Source: the human T2T-CHM13v2.0 reference genome, Homo sapiens
Length of the DNA stretch: 64,000 bases
Strand: one strand, 5' to 3'
Assembly: GCF_009914755.1 (NCBI RefSeq)
Contig: NC_060941.1
This document shows positions 45,341 to 57,109 of the stretch, one piece after another (the stretch's first letter is position 1; each line of letters opens with the position of its first letter). The notes below the pieces were generated by a model. It saw only the letters and a program-made list of their open reading frames with translations. It did no database searches and was not told where the DNA came from. The translations under genes were made by a program, and so were the position numbers.

Positions 45341-46779
45341 GAACAATATCGATGGTTTTATTCCCTGAACATGCTAAGTGATCCCCATGTAGTATAAGCA
45401 TCTCAGAAGGCAGGAAAATGTAATGAACAACACCCACCGCCATTCATTCCATCCAGAGATCGTTATTTTCTGCCCGGGTGTGAGTGTGTGTGTGCGTGCA
45501 AACTGCACATGTGTGTATGAAATGGAATTAGGATCTTTGTATACATCTTGTGTCCTGCTATTTTTACTTAATATTCTCGGCATTTCTCATCTTCAAAAAT
45601 GTGATTTTAATGATGGTGCAGGCCTTTGACATATGGGTTTAGAAAATCTGCGGAAACCCGGACTGTTTCCAGGTTTTGTCAGTTTAATGCTGATGCAAAT
45701 GTCCTCGTACGTAAATCTTTCTGTACTTCTGATTATTTCCTTGGGATAAATTCCCAGAAGTGGGCCAAAGCACATGAACGGTCTTCAGGCTTTTGGAGCA
45801 AGTTGAGATCGGTGGGGATTGGAGAAGGGACCCAGGGAGGCTTTTGGGAGCTTGCGAGATTGGAGTCTGGCTTTAGGGGACTTGAATTCACAGATGAAGG
45901 AGATGGCTGGCAAAGGTGGGAACCTCCTGCTCTATGGGTGGGGGGGTGACACTGCTTTACCTTCCAGTGACAGCATGGGGATCCTCCCAACATGACCTGG
46001 CTCCGCATCTTTCTGACACTGTGCACGGTCCACAGTTGTGATGCTCAGCTGGGAGCCTCTTCTGTGTCCTTCAGTTGCATTAACTCCTTGCAGACAGAGG
46101 AGGAAGCTGTCCGGTGCTCCTCCCTGCTGCGTGGGTCCTTTGAATCTGCCCAGTTGGGCCTGTGGATCTGTGCAGTCACGTACGGGGTTCTAAAATCTGC
46201 AAAATGACAAGCTCACGAACACTCTCGCTTCTGTGGGTGAATGTGGATACCCCTTGGCTGCGTCTCCCTCCACAGGGAAGATGGAGACGTGTAAAGTGAC
46301 AAGGACCTGCTACCCCTGGGCAGGTTATGCCGGTTCCACTGTGAGGATGGTGGCAGGGGGCTTCCCAGGAGGCCTGCACATTGGGAAGAGAGGGGCGACC
46401 GTGTGTGACTGCAGGACCCAGGGCGCAGTCTTAGGACTCTGATGGGGGAGGAGATGCTGGGGAGCCCTGTTCTGCCAGCCTGGTGACAGACATCTCCTAA
46501 TGTTTCCCGGCTGGGTACAACTCACAATGTCCTCCGTGGGGAGGCAATTGCCCATGAGGCATCCCTGGCAGGGATGATCTTGTTTCATTGCCACATATCC
46601 CAGCAATGAAACAAGAATCTAGAGTGATGTGATTCCTCCGATGACTTCTCCAACCATCTGGGGTTTTTGTGCGACTCCAAGAAGGGGGAAGGAGGCAGCT
46701 CTCGCTCCTCTGGGCTCCTGATGTGGCAGCTCTGGAATGGCCACGTGTCCGTTGGCCCACAGTGGGCCATTTGTCGAAT

Positions 46780-46850
46780 GTGGTTGTGGTGGGATTGGGG
46801 CTGGGCTGGAGAGTGGGTGACCACACCAGCTAGCCTCACCCTGGGCCACT
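46780..46850 (-). ncRNA. MIR4316: MIR4316 annotated precursor (mature GGUGAGGCUAGCUGGUG at 46824-46840)
   Basis: Reverse complement of CACCAGCTAGCCTCACC equals the miR-4316 mature sequence as I recall it; location in a SEPT9 intron agrees. The hairpin looks weak, so it may not be a true miRNA. Confidence 0.8.
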
Positions 46851-46885
46851 GTGCAGCCAGGGGTTTCATCTTCCCAGGGGTCTCG

Positions 46886-47337
46886 TTGTGAGTGTCCTGG
46901 GGCTGCTGGAACAAATTACTGGAAACCAAGTGGCCCAACAAAGATTGATTCGCTCATGGTTCTGGAGGCCACAAGTTTGACATCAAGGTATTGGCAGGAC
47001 CACACTCCCTCCGACAGCTCGAGGGGAGGACCCTTCCTTGCCTCCTCCAGCTTGCGTTGGCCCAGGCGCTCCTTGGCTCTGGCAGCATCTGCAGTCTCTG
47101 CTCTCATCACGTAGCCCTCCCCACCGTGTCTCTTTGTGTCCCAAGTCCCCTTCTGCCTTTCTCCTATAAGGACACCGAGCACTGGATTTAGAGCCCATCC
47201 CAAATCCAGGATAGTCTCATCCCGGGATCCCTAATCACATCTGCAAAGACCCTTTTTCCAAATAAGGTCACATTCGTGGGTTCTTGGGGTTAGGTATTAG
47301 ACATGTCTTTTTGGGGGTCACTAGTCAACCCTCTACA
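46886..47337 (-). mobile_element. MLT1C-like solo LTR
   Basis: TTCTGGAGGCC...TATAAGGACACC...CATCTGCAAAGACCCTTTTTCCAAATAAGGTCACATTC. Confidence 0.85.
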
Positions 47338-47455
47338 GAACCTCAGACGAAAGTGAATCTTCACAGGCTGAAATGGGGGTGAAGGTCTAGTGCGTCCCTC
47401 CTCCTTGGGAGCTCCCTCAGGGCTTGTGCCTATCCTGTGATCCTGTGATCCAGCC

Positions 47456-48069
<614 letters not shown>

Positions 48070-48405
48070 TTAGTAGGTTTTCTAGAAGCGCCTGAGGCCT
48101 GGTGAAGGCATGGTGTCATGGAGTAGAGAACATTCAACTCTGTTCCCGGGGAGCCGGAACACACCCCTCGTAGCCAATCTCAACAGTCATGACGTGGCCA
48201 GGATGACATGGGGAGGGGGTGGTGTGGACTGTGTGGGAGGCCAGCTCCCCGGGAAGGGGGCTGGAGTGGGCTTGGCTTTGAGGAGGATTCCCAAGAGGAG
48301 GAGGAGGCGGTGGCATGCTCGTTTGGGGGGATGGCGTGAGCCAGGGTGGGCACCTCTTCATTTAGGTGTCACCTTCTTGACATTCCAGCCGGGACATGGT
48401 TTCCT

Positions 48406-48477
48406 TGGGGAAGATGGACACCCCCAGAGTGGGGCATCTCCTGGGGAAGATGGACACCTCCGGAATGGGGCGCCTCC
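48406..48477. repeat. 36-bp imperfect tandem duplication
   Basis: TGGGGAAGATGGACACC... x2. Confidence 0.9.
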
Positions 48478-49769
48478 TGTTCTCACTGTTCTTCTAGCAC
48501 ACAGTTGTATTCTCTTGCAGTTCTGGAGGCTGTGAGATCTCCTGGCTGTTATCTAGAACAAACTCGCCTTTGAGCAGCGCCGTCCTGATGGTGGGGTGGC
48601 CCCTGCGGGTGGAACAGCCCCTGCTGTCTCAGAGCTTACTGAGAGCTAGTGGGCATGGGAGTGGTGCTGGACCGAAACACCCAGAGGGATCATAGAGCCA
48701 GGCAGTAAGCACAGAGGCCAGCTAGTGGGGAGGGAGGGACCCATCCATGAAAAGACACCAAGCATTGAAAGAGAGGAGAGGATGGTTGGGGACCGGCACA
48801 CATGTGCATTTTGCGCAGATGGCCAAGGTGGTGAGGCGCCAGCCACGCAGACAACTGGAGGAAGGAGGAGTGCCCTAGGGGAGGGGCCAGCTCCGGTTCT
48901 AGAATGATCCGCTTGTGCACGTGGGCCTGGCTGGAATAAATCATTGCATCCGCACCGTAGACTCAATCGTAAGCTCACACCAGGGCAGCCTCTGCTTTGG
49001 TGCAGTGTCTTCGATCATGAGTTGGCCATGGTGGGGGTGACTCCAAGGGGACTCCCAAGGAGGGGGTTCACCGGATCTCCCAGGGAAGGTCATTTGTTTT
49101 CTTGGGTTGGACCTGGGACAAGGCCTTCTCCTGTCTAGTTTCTGTTCTCCAACTTGACCGCACGGAAGGATGCTGAGGACACCTGGAAGCCGGCCCCTGC
49201 TCTACAGCACCCATAGGACAGAGGCACACCATGTGGGGACAGTTTGGACAGTGCTCAGGAGGCAGGGAGCAGATCAGAGGACCGCGGGAGGCCCTGGGAA
49301 CCGCACGAGGACCCAGGCATTGAGCTCTGCACTTTCTGGCATCAGCCCGATGTACAGTCTGGCTCTGTGTCTACCCCGTACTTCACTTTCCCCATCTGTA
49401 CGGGGGCGGTAATAATATTCTTTACAGCCCAGGTTTAAGCGGGTGTAGATGTGATGAGCTTGGTAAGCCCATCTCATTACATTCAGTTCTGGGCATTGAA
49501 CCCTGGACTTTCTGGCTGGTAGAAGTGGACATTCAACCTTTCCTTGGGGCCCTGGGGCTTCTGCAGAATCAGAACACAGCCAGCAGTTTGCATGCAGGGT
49601 GCAGAGGGACAGAGGGACACCATGTCGGGAGCCCACACCTGGCACACCCCTGACTCTGGGGCTCAGTGTCCTGCTGCCCTGCGGCCACGTGATCAGCTAG
49701 AGGTCATGGCTGGACCCATAGGCGAATACAGCCTGTGGATTTGATTTTGTTTGGCCCTGCGGTGTTTTA

Positions 49770-49987
49770 TTTTATTTTTAGTTTTAGTTTGTGGAGACAG
49801 AGTCTCGCTCTGTCAGTCAGGCTGAGTGCAGTGACACGATCTCAGCTCTGCAACCTCTGCCTCCCGGGTTCAAGCGATTCTCCTGCCTCAGCCTCCTGAG
49901 TAGCTGGGACTATAGGCGAGTGTCACCATGCCCAGCTAATTTTTTATTTTTAGTAAAGATGGGGTTTCACCACATCAGCCAGGCTGC
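49770..49987 (-). mobile_element. Truncated AluS
   Basis: Right arm plus part of the left arm. Confidence 0.88.
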
Positions 49988-51259
49988 TCAGTGTTTTAAA
50001 AAGGGCTTGTTTTGCTTTGTGCCAGCATTTAAAGATCAGGAGATATCATATAAAGATCCAGATTTCTACTCTCTTGAGAAGTGAACAGCTCTGGCCACGC
50101 CGGGCCCATATCCTCTAGGGCAGTGACGGAGCTGAGACAGGGCCTGTGACAACTGAGAGTTCTCTGGAGTCCACACGGCTCCTTGCCCAGCTTCTGGTGG
50201 AGGTTGAGCTTAGTGACCCAGGATTTCGTCTGTGTCCACCAAGAAGGAGAGGTGCCTGTGGCTTAGAGAGGGCGCCCACAGGAGTGCCTTGCCCAGGAAG
50301 CTGGCAGCTGAGGCGGCCAGGGTTAGGGGGTTGGGCTTCCTCTTCCCCTCCCCAGTGCCTGAGTGCATTTGGAGGAAGAGAGACGGGTGAGGGGAAGGCA
50401 CTGAAATTGGTCCTGGAGCGCTATTATTGGGGGCTGGGGACCAGCTGTCATCCCTTTTCCTGTGGGCAGGGGAGGCAGTGGTGGGATCCCATGAGACCCG
50501 GACTCTGTGGCCTGGTGAGGCAGGGAGCGGCTGGGGAGACACTGTGGGTCTCCACAGGGGTGCGCTGTGGGTCTGGCCTGGGGAAGGAGCTGGTGAATGT
50601 GCCTGCCATGTGGGTCCCTCCCTGCTCTGGCCCTGATAACCAGGAGCGGCTGGCTCTCATTTGGAGTGCGGTTGTGGGGACTGTGGAGGTGGCAGCTTCC
50701 CAGGTACCATCCCCACTGCCTCCGAGGGAGCAGACCCTGGTGGAGAGGCAGGATGGCTGCAGGGCGGGAGCTGGTGGTTGGCATCACTGCACGGGCTTGT
50801 AGTAGTGGATGGGAAGATGCAGGAGAGGCTGATGACTGAGAAAGTTGGTTCCTGTGGACTAAGCTGGGGGAGCCGGACAACCAAGTGGTTAGAACCTTGG
50901 GCTCTGGTATCAGCCTGATGTACAGTCTGGCTCTGTGTCTACCCCGTGCCCCACTTTCCCCATCTGTACTGGGGGTACTGGTATTCTTTACATCCCAGGG
51001 TTAAGCGGCTGCAGATGTGATGAGCTCGGTAAGCCCGGCGCCTCGCCGGCACTGAAAGCTCCAGTGTCCGCCCTTAGTGTCATTGATGGGGTTTTGTTCC
51101 CGCTGCGGTTCTGATTGGTTACAGTTGCGGTCACTTATTATTGGAGGCATGTCCCCCGCTGTGGCTGATGGTAGAGGTGTGTTTGCTGGTGGTGTCCCAG
51201 TGTGTGCCTTGGCTGGAGGTGAGGAGGGATAAAAACAGCCGCGACAAGAAGGAAATCAA

Positions 51260-51527
51260 GGCCGGGCACGGTGGCGCACGCCTGTAATCCCAGCACTTTG
51301 GGAGGCCGAGGCGGGTGGATCGCTTGAGGTCAGGAGTCCGAGACCAGACTGACCAACATGGTGAAACCCCATCTCTACTAAAAATACAAAAATTAGCCAG
51401 GCATGGTGGCCCGTGCCTATAATCCCAGCTACTGGGGAGGCTGAGGTAGGAGAATCGCTTGAACCCGGGAGGTGCCGCTGCACTCCAGCCAGGGCAACAG
51501 AGCAAGACTCCATCTCAAAAAAAAAAA
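51260..51527 (+). mobile_element. AluS with a short right-arm deletion
   Basis: TSD AAGAAGGAAAT; ends about 330 bp upstream of the 645-bp exon. Confidence 0.93.
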
Positions 51528-51854
51528 GAAGGAAATAAAAGTCTTCTCTGGAACTAGAACGTTCCTATGTAGACGTAGCTGGAGGGGGAGGCTGTGTGGT
51601 TTGCGCCGTGGCCATGGCAAGACACGACGGGCAGCATCTTCCCACTCCAGCCTGCATCTCTGCCCCAGAACTCATGATGGTTCTCCTAGGATGGGGCTGT
51701 CCCTTCCGCTTGCTGAGACATGAAGGACGGGAAGAGACCCCCGGCCCTCACCGCCGCATCGCCTGCCTTCCTCTGCTGCTCCTTAGCAGGAAACATGCCG
51801 GAGTGTTCCCTAGCCATCCATTCACCAATTGCATCCCCTCTCTTTATTTTTCAG

Positions 51855-52499
51855 CCTTGAAAAGATCTTTTGAGGTCGAGGAGGTCGAGACACCCAACTC
51901 CACCCCACCCCGGAGGGTCCAGACTCCCCTACTCCGAGCCACTGTGGCCAGCTCCACCCAGAAATTCCAGGACCTGGGCGTGAAGAACTCAGAACCCTCG
52001 GCCCGCCATGTGGACTCCCTAAGCCAACGCTCCCCCAAGGCGTCCCTGCGGAGGGTGGAGCTCTCGGGCCCCAAGGCGGCCGAGCCGGTGTCCCGGCGCA
52101 CTGAGCTGTCCATTGACATCTCGTCCAAGCAGGTGGAGAACGCCGGGGCCATCGGCCCGTCCCGGTTCGGGCTCAAGAGGGCCGAGGTGTTGGGCCACAA
52201 GACGCCAGAACCGGCCCCTCGGAGGACGGAGATCACCATCGTCAAACCCCAGGAGTCAGCCCACCGGAGGATGGAGCCCCCTGCCTCCAAGGTCCCCGAG
52301 GTGCCCACTGCCCCTGCCACCGACGCAGCCCCCAAGAGGGTGGAGATCCAGATGCCCAAGCCTGCTGAGGCGCCCACCGCCCCCAGCCCAGCCCAGACCT
52401 TGGAGAATTCAGAGCCTGCCCCTGTGTCTCAGCTGCAGAGCAGGCTGGAGCCCAAGCCCCAGCCCCCTGTGGCTGAGGCTACACCCCGGAGCCAGGAGG
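51855..52499 (+). CDS. SEPTIN9: SEPTIN9 shared 645-bp exon, N-terminal basic/proline-rich domain (ALKRSFEVEEVETPNSTPP...ATPRSQE)
   Basis: Polypyrimidine tract and TTTCAG acceptor ending at 51854; donor G|GTGAGT at 52500; 645 nt, phase 1-1; translation matches SEPT9. HNA codons R106 (CGG, 52094) and S111 (TCC, 52109) are wild type (isoform 1 numbering; R88 and S93 in isoform 3). Confidence 0.99.
51855..52499 (+). ncRNA. circSEPT9 single-exon circular RNA (645 nt)
   Basis: Long exon between very long introns with a convergent Alu pair (51260 +, 54053 -); a 645-nt circSEPT9 is reported in the literature (recollection). Confidence 0.7.
52271..52499 (+). CDS. SEPTIN9: Internal start of short SEPT9 isoform 4 (MEPPASKVPEV...)
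   Basis: In-frame AGG-ATG-G at 52271 (A at -3, G at +4); equals M165 of isoform 1, the known i4 start. Confidence 0.85.
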
Positions 52500-53549
52500 G
52501 TGAGTCGCAGAGCGCTAGGTCTTGGATGCTGTGGTAATGGGGGGCCTGGTTGCTGGCTTTGCCACAGAATCTTGGAGGAAGAAGCTGGATATGGGGTGGA
52601 GGGTGCTACCCTGGAGACCCAGAAAGACCGGAATGCATGGGGGTGGGGGTCTGCAAGCTCAGGAGAGGTGGCTCTCTCTGTCTGATGGGAACATGCCAAG
52701 ATGCCCCAAGCGGGACTTGAATGAGAGTTTGGAAAGATTTTCTGGGTTTCAAGGAGCCTCCTTTATGGGTCACCGTGGGCCTTGCTGGGACCTCTGTCTG
52801 CTGTGTGTCCCTGGAGGGCCTGGGAGGCTTAGAGAATGAGGAGCCACGCAGGAACCAGGGCAGGCTCATGCAGGGGTGTAGGACAGGGTGGAGTTGAGAC
52901 CCCTAGAAGGGCTGTCACACTCTGGTGGCTCCTGCTTGAGGAATTGCAGGCTGCCTGGATATGCCCAGCAGAGGCCGAGGGCTTGGGGAAGGGAGGAGGG
53001 ACGTATGCCTCCTGAGGCTTGCATTGGAGCCCATGGTCTGGTCCTCCTCCCCCAGGAGGGATGGTTGTGGCAGAGGGAGGGGAACATGAGGAGCACCTTA
53101 GCCTGCAGGACAAAATTCTCAGGGCACTGGGAAGGGGTGCCTGGACCAGGGGGCTGTGTGATAGCTGCACACGGTTTTATTTGGGGGTGCCCTTCTGGCG
53201 AGAGGAGAGAGGCCATGGGGCTCCAGCAGCGTCCTGGGAGGGCTCAAGCCCACAGCCGTGCTGACATGGAGCTTACAGGCAGGGGATTGGTGCCAGTCCT
53301 GTGGGACACAGGGCCTGTTTGGAAATGCCAGGCTGTGGGACATGGTTGGGTCCCTTCTCAGAAGCGTGCCCCCTGGCCCCAGCAGGGATCGTGGCTCCAT
53401 GGGGCTATAGTAAGGTGCCAGCTGGGTTAGAAGCCCCTCAAGAGCCAGGTCTGATTCTGGGCACAGGATCAGAACTCAGTAATGCTCAGTAAGCCTTCTT
53501 TAGGTTGGACAAACAGCACAGTCTGGGTTTTTGATTTAGCTGCTGCTTC

Positions 53550-54030
53550 TTATTTCTAACCGTGGTGAAATACACAACATACAATGTGCAATTTTAGCCA
53601 CTTTGCAGTGTACGTTTCAGCGGCATTCAGTACATTCACGGTGTTGCGCAGCTGCCACCGCTGTCCATCTCCGGTACCCTTTTCATCCTCCCAAACTGAG
53701 CTCCGTCCCCGTTAGACCAAGCTCCCCATGCCCCTCCCCCAGCTGCTGGCAGCCACCATTCTATTTTCTGTCTTTATTATGAATTTATTTGACCACTCTA
53801 GGAACCTTGTGTGTGTGGAAAAATACAATAACTGCCCATTTTGTGTCTGGCTCATTTCACTCAGCATGACGTCCTAAAGGTTCATCCGTCGTGCTGTAGC
53901 ATGGGGCAGAATTTCCTTCCTTTCAGAGGCTGAATAATATTCTGTTGTGCGATGCACTTGTGTTGTGTAGCTGTTCCTCCATCGGTGGACCCTTGGGTTG
54001 CTTCCACATCTCTCTAAGTCCCGCTTTCCA
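53550..54030 (-). mobile_element. Old L1 (L1MB-like) 3' fragment
   Basis: CACCATTCTATTTTCTGTCT, TTTTGTGTCTGGCTCATTTCACTCAGCAT, GGCTGAATAATATTC motifs. Confidence 0.8.
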
Positions 54031-54052
54031 TCTTCTTTGACTTTTCTTTGAC

Positions 54053-54335
54053 TTTTTTGAGACAGGGTCTTGCTCTGTCCTCCAGGCTGGCGTGCAGTGG
54101 TGTGATCACTGCTTACTGCAACCTCTGCCCCCTGGGCTCAAGTGATTCCCCAGCCTCAGCCTCCCAAGTACCTAGGACCACAGGTTGCGCGCCACCATGC
54201 CTGGCTAATTTTTAAATTTTTTTTGTAAAGACAGGTTCTCACTAGGTTGCCCAGGCTGGTCTCAAACTCCTGGGTTCAAATGAGCCTCCTGCCTCGGCCT
54301 CCCAAAGTGTTGGGATTATAGGCATGAGCCACCCA
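54053..54335 (-). mobile_element. AluJ
   Basis: Diverged antisense Alu about 1.55 kb downstream of the 645-bp exon. Confidence 0.9.
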
Positions 54336-54887
54336 ACCCCTTTTTGGTTTTTCTTTTTGAATGAGAGTTCTCCAGTGGTCAGTGGGCTTGGGGGCTGGGA
54401 GGATGTGGGGCCTGGAGAGGGTGTGGGTTTGGGGGGAGACCAGTGCTCCTCATGCTTTCATGGGCATGTGGAGTGCACATTTGTCTTGGCGGGTCTGGGG
54501 CCTGGGACTCTGCATTTCCTACAGAGGGGGCATCGGAACACACTGAGTAGCCAGAGGCTAGTGGGCCTTGGAAGGTCCTTTCCGGCCCTCAGTGTGCGAG
54601 TCCCGTGTTCCCTCTCCCATCTCTCTAAGCTTGACTCTGAAGAGCCACCCTGCCCCAGCCACCCAGACTCAGTGACAGTGGTTGCTGGTGGCATGGTGTC
54701 AGGCCAAAGGCATGGGCAGTTTGCAGAGTGGCAGGAGGCTGTTTCCTCCCCTGCCTTCTGTTGGTGCAGGACCTTTGTTTGACGTGCCGGATACACCCCC
54801 ATCCTGGGTTGATGTGTTCACACTCAGCTGAGTCAAACAGGATGTGGCTGGGGAGGCGGTTGTCACCGAGCCATCTAAATCTCGGTG

Positions 54888-54936
54888 ATGGCTGGTGCTG
54901 GATGCACAGGGACGTGGTCCTGGCTCTGGGGGACAG
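54888..54936 (+). CDS. SEPTIN9: SEPTIN9 alternative first exon, coding part MAGAGCTGTWSWLWGT
   Basis: ATG at 54888, 16 codons plus phase-1 G, donor CAG|GTAGGG at 54937; same phase as the 645-bp exon, so it can join the same downstream exon; the peptide matches my recollection of an annotated short SEPT9 isoform. Confidence 0.75.
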
Positions 54937-56421
54937 GTAGGGGGATGTCCATGGGGATGTACAAGAACATTCTCCTCCAGGGGCAGACACAGTTTAGCCC
55001 CTAAATTGTGCCAGAGACTGTGCCGGGAGCCAGGCCCAGGGACACAACCTGCGGGCTCTGCTTTCTGGAGCTCACCGAGCCGTGAGCAGGATGGCTGGGA
55101 CACAAGGAGTGTCCAGGGAGCTTCCCCAGCAGTGGAAGTACAATTTCATCAGGCCAGGAAGGGGAGAGAAAGGCAGGCCACGTGGAGGCAGCAGCGTTCA
55201 GAGCTGCCAGGAACCTGGCGCTCTGGGGGGACGGTGGCTTTCTCCATGGAATAGGATGTACACGTTGGAGCCGGGGCATGGGAGAAAACCATCAGCATCC
55301 CAGACCCGGCCACCCACGGACAGGGACCTGTGCAGGTGGGAGTCCAGCTCACGTGGAGAGGTCCGTGGGCTGGGCTGACAGTCCTGAGGGCCTAAGCAAG
55401 TCCAGGTGGAGGAAATGCAGGGACAGACGAGGGCAGGGCCTTCCCAATGGAGGAGTGCTCTTGAAATCCGATGGGAGTGGCTTCTCGGGGGGCCCAGGCC
55501 TGAGCCCCACTAGTTCTTCCTCCGAGGCACCACCTGCTTGCTTCTCCGTCCTCCCTCTCTGTGTCACGACCGTTCTGGACACGGATCCAGTTCTCTCCAA
55601 CTCAGCTTCCTGCCCATCTTTCCTTCAGGCCCATCCCCTTCTGCCCCTCCATGTGGGGCTGGGCTGGGAGTTCCCTGAGCCCCGACATGCACAGCTCTGA
55701 CCAATCTCTGCGGCCCCTCTGTCCCCCGAGCACCAGGGATCCAGCTGGCACCATGGGGAAAGGAATCATGGAGGGAGTTCCGTGCCCTCTGAGCAGACGC
55801 CCAGCCCCTTGGCTTCTGCCTGCGGGAGGGCATCTGTGCTGTGGTTTGTCTCCACCCCAGAGCTGTGGGTGCAGGGCAGGGTCTCCTGGGGCCCCAGCTG
55901 AATTGCTCCCAGACTGACTTCCCCAAAGCACAGCACTGCTGAGATCTCTTCCCGTGCTGAGCCTTCTCTGCTCACTCACCATAGGCCCCTCCACGGTTGA
56001 TTCACTCTCCTGCTCAGCTCACACCTCTCTCCTTCCCAGCTTCTCCTGCTTTGGTCTTCCCTTGGTCTCTCACACCTTTCCTCACAACCCCTTTGCCCTG
56101 ACCTCCTGAACCCTGACCTCTGCTTCTCTTTACATCACTGCCTTGGTGAACTCCTATGCATCCCTCAAAACCTGGTCCAAATACCTCGTGTTTGGCTTGG
56201 GATATAAATGATTTGTGTATAAACTTTCTTTCCTCTGCTAGACTTTTTTTTTTAAATGTGAAAGTAGTTTTTCAGATCATAAAAAGTAATCGAGTACCCT
56301 TTCTTTAAAATGCAGGAAGTACAGAAATGAGAAAGAACCTAAAATTCACCTGTAAGCCAGCGATATCCATGCTTGAGGTTTTGCTGTATAGTCTTCAAAA
56401 TTCCTTTCATGCCCCCACTAG

Positions 56422-57109
<688 letters not shown>

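Noticed and set aside
51596-51854. 5' extension of the 313-aa ORF
   Set aside because: Intronic; a clear acceptor ends at 51854 and SEPT9 similarity starts there
51844-52685. Antisense 177-aa ORF and alternative-frame 190-aa ORF over the exon
   Set aside because: Expected shadows of a GC-rich coding exon; no independent support
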